NCBI GenBank assembly: GCA_036276015.1
Contig: DASUCN010000011.1
Span: 16,057 to 80,056 of the forward strand
Direction of reading: 5' to 3'
DNA length: 64,000 nt
Origin: Gaiellaceae bacterium
Lineage (GTDB): Bacteria > Actinomycetota > Thermoleophilia > Gaiellales > Gaiellaceae
The translations under genes were made by a program, and so were the position numbers. Below the pieces are notes generated by a model, which was given only the letters and a program-made list of their open reading frames with translations, was not told the DNA's origin and made no database searches. The number at the start of each line of letters is the position of its first letter. The first letter of the stretch is position 1. This document shows, piece after piece, positions 54,083 to 63,913 of this stretch.

Positions 54083-55344
54083 TTCCGCTCGGGTTCGCGG
54101 AAGTCGCGCGTCTCGACCTCGGAGACCTCGCCGGCGACGGTGAGATCACGCGGGTCGTGGACGACTCGCGCGTGGCCGGCCCCGGTGATCTCTTCGTCGC
54201 GCTGAACACCGGCGTGCGGTACGTCGAGGAGGCTCGTTCGCGCGGCGCCGCGACCCTCGTGCCGGTCGATCAGGAGCGCGCGCTCGCAGCCCTCGCCTCA
54301 CTCGTCCGCGAGAAGTCGGAGGCGCGAGTCGTCGCGGTCGTCGGCTCGGCCGGGAAGACGACGACGAAGGACATCCTCGGCGCCCTCTGCGCGCCGCATG
54401 CGCGGACGATCTGGGCGGAAAAGAGCCTGAACAACGAGATCGGCCTCCCGCTCACCGTGTGCCGGCTCGAGCCCGACACCGAGATCCTCGTGACCGAGAT
54501 GGGCATGCGCGGGCTCGGGCAGGTCGCGGCGCTCTGCGCCGTCGCACGGCCGTCCGTCGCCGTCGTCCCACACGTCGGTCCCGAGCACCTGGAGCTCCTC
54601 GGGAGCGTCGAGAAGGTCGCCGAGGCGAACGCCGAGGCGATCGTGGCTCTCCCCGCGGGGGGCACCGCGGTCGTCCCCGCCGCTGCTCGCGTGCTCGATC
54701 CTTTCCTCACCCGCGATGACGTCACGGTCCGTCGATTCGCCGCCGAGGACGTGGAGCGGCGCGGAGCGGCCACGCGCTTCCGGGTGAACGGCAGCGAGCT
54801 GGAGCTCGAGCTGCCGTTCACGCAGCGCCATCTCGCGCTCAACGCGCTCGCCGCGCTCCATGCGTACGACGCGCTCGGCCTGCCGCTCGAGCGAGCGCAG
54901 GAGGGTGTGGCCGGCATCCGGCTCTCGCCCTGGCGTGGCGAGGAGATCGCGCTTCCCGGTGGCGGCTTCGTCGTGAACGACGCGTACAACGCGAACCCCG
55001 ACTCGATGCGCGCCGCGCTCGAGCACCTCGCCGAACGTGCCGGTGAGCGCCGCAAGGTCGCCGTCCTGGGGGAGATGGCAGAGCTCGGCACGGCCTCGGA
55101 GGCGTACCACCGCGAGATCGGCGAGACGGCACGCGCGCTCGAGATCGGGATCCTCGGTGTGGGCGAGCCCGCCCGTCTCTACGAGCCGGCAGCGTGGGCG
55201 CCGACACCGGACGAGGCGCTCGTTCTGGCGCGCGCTACGATCGAGCCCGGCGACGCCGTCCTCGTGAAGGCCTCCCGTGCCGTCGGGCTCGAAGGCATCG
55301 CCGACGAGATCGCGAACTTCGCCCGAGCATGGTTCCCGTCCTGA
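54079..55344 (+). CDS. murF: UDP-N-acetylmuramoyl-tripeptide--D-alanyl-D-alanine ligase
   Basis: It has GSAGKTTTKD and DAYNANP. The start forms a GTGA overlap with murE. Confidence 0.95.
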   Translation: MIPLGFAEVARLDLGDLAGDGEITRVVDDSRVAGPGDLFVALNTGVRYVEEARSRGAATLVPVDQERALAALASLVREKSEARVVAVVGSAGKTTTKDILGALCAPHARTIWAEKSLNNEIGLPLTVCRLEPDTEILVTEMGMRGLGQVAALCAVARPSVAVVPHVGPEHLELLGSVEKVAEANAEAIVALPAGGTAVVPAAARVLDPFLTRDDVTVRRFAAEDVERRGAATRFRVNGSELELELPFTQRHLALNALAALHAYDALGLPLERAQEGVAGIRLSPWRGEEIALPGGGFVVNDAYNANPDSMRAALEHLAERAGERRKVAVLGEMAELGTASEAYHREIGETARALEIGILGVGEPARLYEPAAWAPTPDEALVLARATIEPGDAVLVKASRAVGLEGIADEIANFARAWFPS

Positions 55345-56345
55345 TTGCCGGCCTGATCGCGATGGTCGCCGCTGTCGTGATCGGGCCGAAGTTCATCGAA
55401 GTGCTTCGCGCGCGGAACCTCGGACAGCAGATCCGGGCAGAGGGACCGAAGACGCACATCGTGAAGCAGGGCACGCCGACGATGGGTGGTCTCCTCATCC
55501 TCGCGTCGGCGGTGATCCCGTTCGTCTTCCTCTCCCAGTACACGGCCGAGGGGATCACGGTCCTCTTCATCGTCCTCGGCTGCGCCGCGATCGGGTTCAC
55601 GGACGACTACCTCAAACTCCGCCGTCGGCACTCGCTCGGCCTGCCCGGGCGCTGGAAGATGATCGGCCTCGGCGTCGTCACCGTCGTCGCCGCGCTGCTC
55701 CTGAACGAGAGCACGACCTTCACGACCGACGTCTACGTGCCGGTCGCCGGCTGGACCCTCGACCTCTCCTGGGGCTACTACGTGCTGCTCTTCCTCGTCA
55801 TCGCCGGTACCGTGAACAGCGCGAACCTCACCGACGGGGTCGACGGCCTCGCGGCGGGAGTCATCGTGATCATGCTGCTGACGTTCCTTGCGATCGCCGG
55901 CATCGCGTGGATCCGCTCAGGCGACCCAGGCGCGCGCAGCGACATCTACCTCGACATCGCCACCCTTGCGGCCGCACTCATCGGGGGAACGATCGGCTTC
56001 CTCTGGTACAACGCCTTCCCCGCCGAGGTGATGATGGGCGACACAGGCTCCTTCGCCCTCGGCGGCGCGATTGCCGGCTTCTCGATCGTAACGGGGACGG
56101 AGATCCTGCTCCCGCTGATCGCAGGCATCTTCGTGATCGAGGTGCTCACGTGGATCATCCAGATCGTCAGCTTCAAGCGAACGGGAAGGCGCGTGTTCCT
56201 GATCGTGCCAATCCACCACCACTTCGAGATGAAGGCGTGGTCGGAGACGAAGATCATGGTCCGCTTCTGGGTGGTGAGCGCGATCTTCTGCGCCTCCGGC
56301 TTCGCACTCTTCTACCGCGACTTCCTCCAGTTCGCGCTGCCCTGA
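55329..56345 (+). CDS. mraY: Phospho-N-acetylmuramoyl-pentapeptide transferase
   Basis: The internal ATG is at 55329. It has KQGTPTMGG, NLTDGVDGLA and PIHHHFE. Confidence 0.95.
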   Translation: MVPVLIAGLIAMVAAVVIGPKFIEVLRARNLGQQIRAEGPKTHIVKQGTPTMGGLLILASAVIPFVFLSQYTAEGITVLFIVLGCAAIGFTDDYLKLRRRHSLGLPGRWKMIGLGVVTVVAALLLNESTTFTTDVYVPVAGWTLDLSWGYYVLLFLVIAGTVNSANLTDGVDGLAAGVIVIMLLTFLAIAGIAWIRSGDPGARSDIYLDIATLAAALIGGTIGFLWYNAFPAEVMMGDTGSFALGGAIAGFSIVTGTEILLPLIAGIFVIEVLTWIIQIVSFKRTGRRVFLIVPIHHHFEMKAWSETKIMVRFWVVSAIFCASGFALFYRDFLQFALP

Positions 56346-56346
56346 G

Positions 56347-57609
56347 ATGAGCACGCTCGAGCTCGCCGGTACGCGCGTGCTCGTCGTCGGCCTGGCGCGC
56401 TCGGGGCTCGCAGCCGTGGAGGTGCTGCGGCGCGAGGGCGCATTCGTCGTCGGATTCGACCGCAACGAGGAGCTCGAGACGGGAAGGCTCCTGGAGCTCG
56501 GCGTCGAAGTGCACCTGGGACGCGAGGAGGAGACGCTGCTACAGGGGATCGATCTCGTCGTGAAGAGCCCGGGAGTCCCGGGCGAGACGGCGCTCGTGGA
56601 CCGCGCGCGGACGCGCGGCGTCCCGATCTGGAGCGAGATCGAGCTCGGCTCGAGGCTCCTCCCGAACCCCATCGCCGGCATCACCGGCACGAACGGGAAG
56701 ACGACGACGAGCGAGCTGCTCGGCGCGGTCTTCCGCGCAGACGGGCGCGCGGTCGAGGTGGCGGGAAACGTCGGCCGACCGCTCACGTCGCTCGTCGGGA
56801 CGATTGCACCGGACACGTGGGTCGTCTGCGAGCTGTCCTCCTTCCAGCTCGAGGACGTCCACACGCTCGAGCCGCGCGTCGCGGTGCTCCTCAACCTCGA
56901 GCCGGACCACCTCGACCGGCACGGCACCTTCGAGCGCTACGCCGACGCGAAGCTCCGGATCTTCGCGCGGCAGACCGCCGACGACGTGGCCGTCGTGCCG
57001 CACGGGTTCGGTGAGGTCCCGGGCGCGGCCCGCCGGATCGAGTTCGCGGCGAGCGACGAGCTCCCCGCCGAGCCACGCATTCCCGGCATCCACAACCGTG
57101 AGAACGCTGCCGCCGCGACGGCCGCGGCGCGCGCGGCGGGCATCGGCGACAGCGCGATCGCTCGAGCCCTCACGACCTTCGACGGCGTTCCGCACCGGAT
57201 CGAGACGGTGCGCGAGCTTGGCGGCGTCCGCTTCGTGAACGACTCGAAGGCGACGAACGTCGCCGCGGCGCTCCGTGCGCTCGCCTCGTTCCCGGACGCA
57301 CGGCTGCACGTGATTCTCGGCGGCCGCGGGAAGCACGAGTCGTACGAGCCGCTCGCCGAGGCGCTCAAGCCGGGCGACACGGCGTACGTGATCGGCGAGG
57401 CGGCGGGCGAGATCGCGGCGGCGCTCGCCGACCGAGACGTCGAGGTCGTCAAAGCCGGCACGCTCGAAGTCGCGCTCGGGGAAGCCGCACGAGCTGCGGC
57501 GGCCGGTGACGTCGTGCTCCTCTCGCCGGCGTGCGCGAGCTTCGACCAGTTCCGTGACTTCGAGGCTCGCGGCGATGCGTTCCGCGAGCTCGTGGAGGCG
57601 CTGGCGTGA
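56347..57609 (+). CDS. murD: UDP-N-acetylmuramoylalanine--D-glutamate ligase
   Basis: It has GLARSG and GITGTNGKTTT. Confidence 0.95.
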   Translation: MSTLELAGTRVLVVGLARSGLAAVEVLRREGAFVVGFDRNEELETGRLLELGVEVHLGREEETLLQGIDLVVKSPGVPGETALVDRARTRGVPIWSEIELGSRLLPNPIAGITGTNGKTTTSELLGAVFRADGRAVEVAGNVGRPLTSLVGTIAPDTWVVCELSSFQLEDVHTLEPRVAVLLNLEPDHLDRHGTFERYADAKLRIFARQTADDVAVVPHGFGEVPGAARRIEFAASDELPAEPRIPGIHNRENAAAATAAARAAGIGDSAIARALTTFDGVPHRIETVRELGGVRFVNDSKATNVAAALRALASFPDARLHVILGGRGKHESYEPLAEALKPGDTAYVIGEAAGEIAAALADRDVEVVKAGTLEVALGEAARAAAAGDVVLLSPACASFDQFRDFEARGDAFRELVEALA

Positions 57610-58841
57610 GGGGCGACGGGCACGCGGATCAGCGGCTCGTGGCGTTCGTCACGCTCGGGCTCGTCGCGTTCGGGCTCGTGATGGTCTACAGCGCGACCTC
57701 GGCTTCCGCTGCACTCGGCAACGGCGACCCCATGAGCTACCTCAAGCGCCAGGCCGTGTATGCGCTCGTCGGAGTCGTCTGCATGACGTTGGCCGCCCGG
57801 CTCGACTATCACCGCCTGCGGTACTTCGCGCCGCCGCTCGTGCTCGTCGCGCTCGTGCTCTGCGTCGCGGTGCTCGTCCTCGGGCCGGCGATCAACGGTG
57901 CGCGGCGCTGGTTCGTCGTCGGCCCTGCGAGCTTCCAGCCGTCCGAGCTCGCAAAGCTCGCGCTGTGCCTCTTCGCCGCGACGTACCTGGCCCGACGCCG
58001 CGCGCCGCGCACGTTCGGAGAGCTGATGAAGCCGCTCGGGGCGCTCACGCTCGTCTTCGCGGGCCTGATCGTCGTCGAGCCCGACCTGGGTACGACGATC
58101 ACGCTCTGCGGGATGATGCTCGCGATCTTCCTCGTCGCCGGGGTTCCGGTGCGACTGCTCGCCGGAGCCTCCGTGCTCGCGGTCGCTCTGGGTCTCGTCG
58201 CGATCTGGATCGAGCCCTACCGACGCGCCCGTGTCTTCAGCTTCCTCGACCCCTGGTCGGATGCGCAGGGAGCGGGCTTCCAGATCGTGCAGGCGACGAT
58301 CGGGATCGGCTCCGGCGGCTTCACCGGCGCCGGTCTGGGCGAGGGCGTGGGCAAGGTCTCGTACCTGCCCGAGGCGCACACGGACATGATCTTCGCCGTC
58401 ATCGGCGAGGAGCTCGGTCTCGTCGGCGCGACGCTCGTGATCTGCGCGTTCGCGCTGCTCGCCGTCGCGGGCTTCCGCATCGCGATGCGCTGCCAGGATC
58501 CGTTCGGGAAGCTGCTCGCAGCAGGGATTACGGCCCTCGTGTGCGGGCAGGCGGCGATCAACCTCGCGGCCGCGCTCGGCATCGCACCTCTGACGGGGAT
58601 TCCGCTGCCGTTCGTGTCCTACGGCGGCTCGAGCCTCGTCGTTCTGCTCACCGGCATGGGGGTTCTCCTTAACATCGCCGTCAATGGGCGGGTCTCGAGA
58701 GCTGCGGTGCGTGATCGCGGCCGGCGGAACGGCCGGGCACGTCCGGCCCGCGCTGGCAGTCGCCGAGCAACTGCGCGAGCGAGGGGTGACGGTGACGTTC
58801 GCCGGGTCGCCAAACCGCGTCGAGTCGCAGCTCGTTCCTGA
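57606..58841 (+). CDS. ftsW: SEDS-family peptidoglycan glycosyltransferase FtsW
   Basis: It has a GTGA overlap with murD. It is polytopic, with SELAK and LPFVSYGGSS. A ~52-aa Arg-rich tail is encoded in the 158 nt that overlap murG. Confidence 0.9.
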   Translation: MRGDGHADQRLVAFVTLGLVAFGLVMVYSATSASAALGNGDPMSYLKRQAVYALVGVVCMTLAARLDYHRLRYFAPPLVLVALVLCVAVLVLGPAINGARRWFVVGPASFQPSELAKLALCLFAATYLARRRAPRTFGELMKPLGALTLVFAGLIVVEPDLGTTITLCGMMLAIFLVAGVPVRLLAGASVLAVALGLVAIWIEPYRRARVFSFLDPWSDAQGAGFQIVQATIGIGSGGFTGAGLGEGVGKVSYLPEAHTDMIFAVIGEELGLVGATLVICAFALLAVAGFRIAMRCQDPFGKLLAAGITALVCGQAAINLAAALGIAPLTGIPLPFVSYGGSSLVVLLTGMGVLLNIAVNGRVSRAAVRDRGRRNGRARPARAGSRRATARARGDGDVRRVAKPRRVAARS

Positions 58842-59760
58842 CGCGGGCTTCGAGCTCGACACGTTCGCGATCTCCGGGTTCCCGCGGCGGGTCGGATTCG
58901 GCCTCGTCCGAGCCGGGTGGCAGGCGCTGAGCGCGCCGCTCGCGTGTAGTCGGATCCTCTCGCAGCGCCGCCCCGACGTCGTACTCGGCGGGGGCGGATA
59001 CGTGGCGGGTCCGATGGTGCTCGCCGCCAGGCTGCGCGGCATTCCGGCGGCGCTGACGGAGGCGGATGCGCACCTCGGGCTCGCGAACCGGCTCGCCGCG
59101 CCGTTCGCGCACCGCGTCTTCCTCGCGTACGCGATCGACGGCCGCGAGGGGTCGAAGTACCGCGTCGTCGGCCGGCCGATTCCGTCGGCGCACCTCGGCG
59201 CCTCGAAGGAAGAGGGGCGCGCGTTGTTCGGGCTTCCTGCCGACAAGCCCGTGCTGGCCGTCTTCGGCGGCCTCGCAGGCGCGCAGGCGCTGAACGAGTT
59301 CGCCGTGGAGGCGTTCGGAGAGCGCGGACCAGCGGTGCTGCACGTCTCGGGTGCACGCGACTTCGACGCGCTCCGACCCCGCGTGACGCGGGACGACTAC
59401 GTTCTCGTGGCGTCGACGGACGCGTTCGGCGCCGCGCTCGCCGCCTCCGACCTCGCGATCTCCCGCGCCGGCGGCACGGTCTGGGAGCTCGCGGCTGCGG
59501 GGACGCCGTCGATCCTCGTGCCCTACCCGCATGCCACGGCCGACCACCAGACGCTGAACGCGCGGTACTTCGAGCGCGGAGGCGGCGCGATCGTCGTCGA
59601 TCAGGGCGAGCTCGCCCGCGTGCCGACGCTCGTCGGCGAGGTGTTCGACGATCCTGCGCTGCTGGCGCGGATGAGCGACGCGATGCGAGCGCTCGCACGT
59701 CCCGACGCAGCCGCCGTCATCGCCGACGAGCTCGTCGCCCTCGCGGAGTCGCGGACGTGA
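58684..59760 (+). CDS. murG: UDP-N-acetylglucosamine--N-acetylmuramyl-(pentapeptide) pyrophosphoryl-undecaprenol GlcNAc transferase
   Basis: It has the N-terminal GGTAGHV motif and a GT28 C-terminus (HQTLNA). An alternative GTG is at 58711. Confidence 0.93.
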   Translation: MGGSRELRCVIAAGGTAGHVRPALAVAEQLRERGVTVTFAGSPNRVESQLVPDAGFELDTFAISGFPRRVGFGLVRAGWQALSAPLACSRILSQRRPDVVLGGGGYVAGPMVLAARLRGIPAALTEADAHLGLANRLAAPFAHRVFLAYAIDGREGSKYRVVGRPIPSAHLGASKEEGRALFGLPADKPVLAVFGGLAGAQALNEFAVEAFGERGPAVLHVSGARDFDALRPRVTRDDYVLVASTDAFGAALAASDLAISRAGGTVWELAAAGTPSILVPYPHATADHQTLNARYFERGGGAIVVDQGELARVPTLVGEVFDDPALLARMSDAMRALARPDAAAVIADELVALAESRT

Positions 59761-60938
59761 GCGCGCTCCCGCTCGCGGGGCGGCACTTCTACTTCGTCGG
59801 GATCGGTGGCGCTGGCCTCTCGGCGTACGCCAACTTCGCGCGCGGGTGGGGAGCGGAGGTGCGCGGGTGGGACGCGCGGGAGACGATCTTCCTCGACGCG
59901 GTCAAGGGCATCGAGGTCGACGTGGGTGGCGAGCCGCGTCCACCGGAGGGCTTCGAAGTCGTCGTGTCGACCGCGCACACGGGGCGAATCGCGGGCCGCT
60001 CGCGCGCCGAGTTCCTCGCTGAGCTCGTCTCCCTGCGGCGATCGATCGTCATCAGCGGCGCGCACGGGAAGACGACGACGGCGGCCATGGTCGCGTACGT
60101 TCTGCGCGAGCTCGGCGACGACCCCGCCTGGATCATCGGGGGCGTCGTGCCGCAGCTCGGCGGCAACGCGGGCGTGGGGGAGGGATGGCTCGTGGTCGAG
60201 GGCGACGAGTCCGATCGCTCGATCGCCCTCCTGCGACCGGAGATCGCCGCAGTCACGAACGTGGAGCTCGACCACCACGCGGCCTACGGCTCTGAGGCGG
60301 AGCTCGTCGCATTCTTCGACGAGTGGCTCGCCGGCGCGCCACACGTCGTGCGCGGGTGGGAGCTCGATCCCGTGGCGCTCGATCTCGCAGTGCCGGGTGA
60401 GCACAACCGCGCGAACGCCGCGACCGCGCTCGCCGTGCTCGAGCTGGGCCGCGTTGCACGCGCGGATGCCGAGCGTGCCATCGTCGGCTTCGCCGGAGTC
60501 GGCCGCCGCTTCGAGCTCGTCGGCGAGGGCGGCGGCGTGCGGGTGATCGACGACTACGGCCACAACCCGACGGAGATCGCGGCGGCACTCCGGACCGCGC
60601 GGGAGCTCGATCCCCGCACGCTGCTCGCCGTCTACGTCCCGCACGTCTACGAGCGGACGCGGCAGCTCCACCACGAGCTCGGCGCGGCGCTTGGAATTGC
60701 GGACGCGGCGATCGTGACGGACGTCGTCGACGGGCGGGATGCGCCGGCTCCTGGCGTGACCGGGAAACTCGTGCTCGACCACGTCCCTGCGGGCGTGCGT
60801 CGCGGGTGGGCGCCGAGTCTCGAGGACGCCGCCACGCTTGCGCTCGCCTGGGTGCAGCCGGGCGACGTCGTCGTCACGCTCGGGGTTGGGGAGCCGTGGC
60901 GCATCGCACGCGCCGTCGTCGCGGGGCTGCCGGAGTGA
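59757..60938 (+). CDS. murC: UDP-N-acetylmuramate--L-alanine ligase
   Basis: It has FVGIGGAGLS and GAHGKTTT. It has GTGA overlaps at both ends. Confidence 0.93.
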   Translation: MSALPLAGRHFYFVGIGGAGLSAYANFARGWGAEVRGWDARETIFLDAVKGIEVDVGGEPRPPEGFEVVVSTAHTGRIAGRSRAEFLAELVSLRRSIVISGAHGKTTTAAMVAYVLRELGDDPAWIIGGVVPQLGGNAGVGEGWLVVEGDESDRSIALLRPEIAAVTNVELDHHAAYGSEAELVAFFDEWLAGAPHVVRGWELDPVALDLAVPGEHNRANAATALAVLELGRVARADAERAIVGFAGVGRRFELVGEGGGVRVIDDYGHNPTEIAAALRTARELDPRTLLAVYVPHVYERTRQLHHELGAALGIADAAIVTDVVDGRDAPAPGVTGKLVLDHVPAGVRRGWAPSLEDAATLALAWVQPGDVVVTLGVGEPWRIARAVVAGLPE

Positions 60939-61819
60939 GCGGCGTGGAAGAGGGCGTCCCGCTCGCGCGACTCACGACGATCGGAGTCGGCGGCCCTGCG
61001 CGTGCGCTCGCTCGACCGCGATCCGTCCGCGAGCTCGCCGAGGCCGTCCGCTACGCGCGGGACGAGGGACTCTCCGTGCTCGCGGTCGGGCTCGGCTCGA
61101 ACCTCCTCGTCGCCGATGAGGGAGTCGACGCACTCGCGCTCCGGCTCGAGGGCGAGCTGGCCGCCGTCCAGGTCGACGGGCAGATGCTGCGAGCGGGTGG
61201 TGGCGCGACGAACGCCGTGTGCCTCCACCGGGCGCGCGACGCCGGGCTTGGCGGGCTCGAGTTCGCGTGCGCGATTCCAGGAACGGCAGGCGGCGGAGTT
61301 CGCATGAACGCCGGTGCCTACGGGCGGGACTGGTCGGACGTCATCGTCCGTGCCCTCGTCGTCGACGGGGAGGGCGAGGAGTGGCTCACGGGAGACGAGC
61401 TCGGGCTCTCGTACCGCCACTCCGGGCTTGCTCCCGACCACGTCGTCGCGGCCGTCGAGTATCGGCTCGAGCCACGCTCTCGCGAGGAGGTGCGCGCGAC
61501 CGTCGCCGAGCTCGTCGCGCAGCGCAAGGCGACGCAGCCCACGAACAAGCGGACCTTCGGCAGCGTCTTCAAGAACCCGCCCGGCGAGATCGGCGCCGGC
61601 CGCATGCTCGAGCTGTGTGGTTTGAAGGGCCACCGGATGGGGGGCGCCACGATCTCTCCCAAGCATGCGAACTTCATCGAGAATGCCGGCAGGGCGACGA
61701 GCGCGGACTGCGTCGCTCTGATGGTCGAGGCCCGCCGCCGCGCATACGAGGAGTTCGGAGTCGAGCTCGAGCGCGAGGTCGTCTTCGCGGGACTCCCGGA
61801 GCTACCGCCCGTGACGTAG
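60935..61819 (+). CDS. murB: UDP-N-acetylenolpyruvoylglucosamine reductase
   Basis: The internal GTG is at 60935. It has TTIGVGGPA, LGSNLLV, PGTAGGGVRMNAGAYG and GSVFKNP. Confidence 0.93.
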   Translation: MSGVEEGVPLARLTTIGVGGPARALARPRSVRELAEAVRYARDEGLSVLAVGLGSNLLVADEGVDALALRLEGELAAVQVDGQMLRAGGGATNAVCLHRARDAGLGGLEFACAIPGTAGGGVRMNAGAYGRDWSDVIVRALVVDGEGEEWLTGDELGLSYRHSGLAPDHVVAAVEYRLEPRSREEVRATVAELVAQRKATQPTNKRTFGSVFKNPPGEIGAGRMLELCGLKGHRMGGATISPKHANFIENAGRATSADCVALMVEARRRAYEEFGVELEREVVFAGLPELPPVT

Positions 61820-61851
61820 GAAGCGCCGCTCGCGCGCCGAATTGGAGGCGC

Positions 61852-62658
61852 ATGGTCGGGGGACGAAGCGTGCGCGGACCGCGTCGGCACGCGACTGCGG
61901 CAAGCGTCGTCGTCCCGTTTCCGCGAGGTGCGGCCGGTGCTCGCCTGGATCTCGTGCGCTTCGTCCCCTCCGGCCGCTCGCTGCTCGCGACGATGGGCGT
62001 GCTCGTCGGCATCGCACTCGCCTACGTCGTCGCGACGGCAACGCCCGTGTTCGCCCTTGAGCAGATCGAGGTGCGCGGCGCGCCGCCCGAGGTGGCCCGC
62101 GAGGTGAACGCTGCTACGCGAGATCTCCTCGGCCAGAGTCTCGTGACCATCGACGCGGACGAGGTCGAAGGAACGCTGCAGGCGCTTCCGGCGGTGGCGG
62201 GGGTCTCCGTCGACCGCGCCTTTCCGCACACGCTCGTCGTCCGCGTAGCCCCGGAGCGGCCCGTCGCGGTCGCGCGGCGTGCCGACTCGTCCTGGCTCGT
62301 CACGGGATCCGGGAAGGTGGTGCGCCAGATCGAAACGGGCACAGAGCGAGGGCTCCCGCGCATCTGGCTCGCCAAGGGCACCACCATGCACGCGGGCGGG
62401 AGCGTGCCGGCAGGGTGGATCCCGGCGACGCGCGCCCTCGCCGAGGCGCGTGCTGCGGGGCTCGGGTCGCGGGTGAAGGGCATTCGCCCGGTCGGAGAGG
62501 AGCTCACCCTCGTGTTGCGACGCGGCACGGAGATCCGGCTCGGGCGCGCGACGGAAGTCGGACTGAAGCTCACCGTTGTGGCACGCGTCCTGCAACTCGT
62601 CGACGGCTCGGTGGACTACGTCGACGTCAGCGTCCCGCAGCGTCCGGTTACGGGGTGA
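61852..62658 (+). CDS. ftsQ: Cell division protein FtsQ (TM + POTRA)
   Basis: The internal ATG at 61852 is preceded by GGAGG. It has a TM helix (LLATMGVLVGIALAYVV) and then a POTRA-like segment (IEVRGAP...). Confidence 0.85.
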   Translation: MVGGRSVRGPRRHATAASVVVPFPRGAAGARLDLVRFVPSGRSLLATMGVLVGIALAYVVATATPVFALEQIEVRGAPPEVAREVNAATRDLLGQSLVTIDADEVEGTLQALPAVAGVSVDRAFPHTLVVRVAPERPVAVARRADSSWLVTGSGKVVRQIETGTERGLPRIWLAKGTTMHAGGSVPAGWIPATRALAEARAAGLGSRVKGIRPVGEELTLVLRRGTEIRLGRATEVGLKLTVVARVLQLVDGSVDYVDVSVPQRPVTG

Positions 62659-62699
62659 GGCTCGAGTCTAAGCCTCGAGTTGAACTTGATCCCTATGCG

Positions 62700-62728
62700 T
62701 TGACATTCCACAGGAGGACCCCTACCCT
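62700..62728 (+). promoter_or_regulatory. Candidate sigma-70-type promoter for ftsZ (TTGACA-N17-TACCCT)
   Basis: The -35 is a perfect TTGACA (62700-62705). A 17-nt spacer follows, and the -10 is TACCCT (62723-62728), which fits TANNNT. It lies 66 nt upstream of the ftsZ ATG. Confidence 0.4.
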
Positions 62729-62794
62729 CGGGGTCGAAGGACGTGCGACGAGTCGTACGTTCAATGCGAACTTCACCTTGAGGTGGGTTGAGAG

Positions 62795-63871
62795 ATGAGC
62801 AATCAGCTAGGCAGCTACCTCGCCGTCATCAAGGTCGTCGGCATCGGCGGCGGCGGCACGAATGCGGTGACCCGGATGGTCGAGGCCGGCGTCACGGGCG
62901 TGCACTTCGTCGCCGTGAACACCGACGCCCAGGCCCTCCTCATGACCGAGGCGGACGAGAAGATCCACATCGGCTCCCGCGCGACACGCGGCCTCGGTGC
63001 CGGCGCCGATCCGGCCGTCGGTCGCGCCGCCGCAGAGGAGAGCCGGGACGAGCTGAAGGAGGCGCTCAAGGGCGCCGACATGGTGTTCGTCACCGCCGGC
63101 GAAGGCGGCGGCACCGGAACCGGCGGCGCTCCGATCATCGCCGACATCGGCCGCGAGATCGGCGCCCTCACCGTCGGCGTCGTGACGCGTCCGTTCGCGT
63201 TCGAGGGCAAGCTGAGGGCGGATCAGGCCGAGCACGGCATCCAGTCGCTCCGCGAGAGCGTGGACGCGCTCATCGTCATCGAGAACGATCGCCTCCTGCA
63301 GGTCGTCGAGAAGTCGACGCCCGTCACGGAGGCGTTCCGCATCGCCGACGACATTCTCCGCCAGGGCGTCCAGGGAATCACCGACCTCATCACCGTCCCC
63401 GGGCTCATCAACCTGGACTTCGCCGACGTGCGCACGATCATGAAGGACGCCGGCTCGGCACTCATGGGCATCGGCGTCGGCCGCGGAGACAACCGCGCGG
63501 TCGAGGCGGCGCGCGCCGCCATCTCCTCGCCGCTCCTCGAGCAGACCCTCGAAGGAGCAACGGGGATCCTCCTCAACATCACCGGTGGCCCCGATCTCGG
63601 CCTCGCCGAGGTCGACGAAGCCGCAGAAGTCGTCCGGAGCGCCGCGGACTCGAACGCGAACGTCATCTTCGGCGCGGCCATCGACGAGGGCATGGGCGAG
63701 GACGTCCGTGTCACGGCGATCGCGACCGGCTTCGGCGCGCGCGGTCCTCGGCGCCGTCGCGCGGAAGCGCCGGTCGGTGCCGCAACGAGGTCGTCCGATC
63801 GGCCGTCCTTCAGCGCCCCGAGTGTCCGCGACGTCGAGCTCGACATTCCGAGCTTCCTGAAGGACGACTGA
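62795..63871 (+). CDS. ftsZ: Cell division GTPase FtsZ
   Basis: It has the tubulin signature [18 protein letters not shown] lies about 8 nt upstream of the ATG. Confidence 0.97.
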   Translation: MSNQLGSYLAVIKVVGIGGGGTNAVTRMVEAGVTGVHFVAVNTDAQALLMTEADEKIHIGSRATRGLGAGADPAVGRAAAEESRDELKEALKGADMVFVTAGEGGGTGTGGAPIIADIGREIGALTVGVVTRPFAFEGKLRADQAEHGIQSLRESVDALIVIENDRLLQVVEKSTPVTEAFRIADDILRQGVQGITDLITVPGLINLDFADVRTIMKDAGSALMGIGVGRGDNRAVEAARAAISSPLLEQTLEGATGILLNITGGPDLGLAEVDEAAEVVRSAADSNANVIFGAAIDEGMGEDVRVTAIATGFGARGPRRRRAEAPVGAATRSSDRPSFSAPSVRDVELDIPSFLKDD

Positions 63872-63883
63872 GGTTGTACGCAA

Positions 63884-63913
63884 GACCGGAATCCGCGAGT
63901 GCGGATTCCGGTC
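63884..63913. repeat. Intergenic hairpin repeat, copy B (perfect 13-bp stem: gaccggaatccgc-gagt-gcggattccggtc)
   Basis: It starts 13 nt after the ftsZ stop. A second, weaker stem follows (cgcgc...gcgcg, ~63914-63935), as in copy A. Confidence 0.75.
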
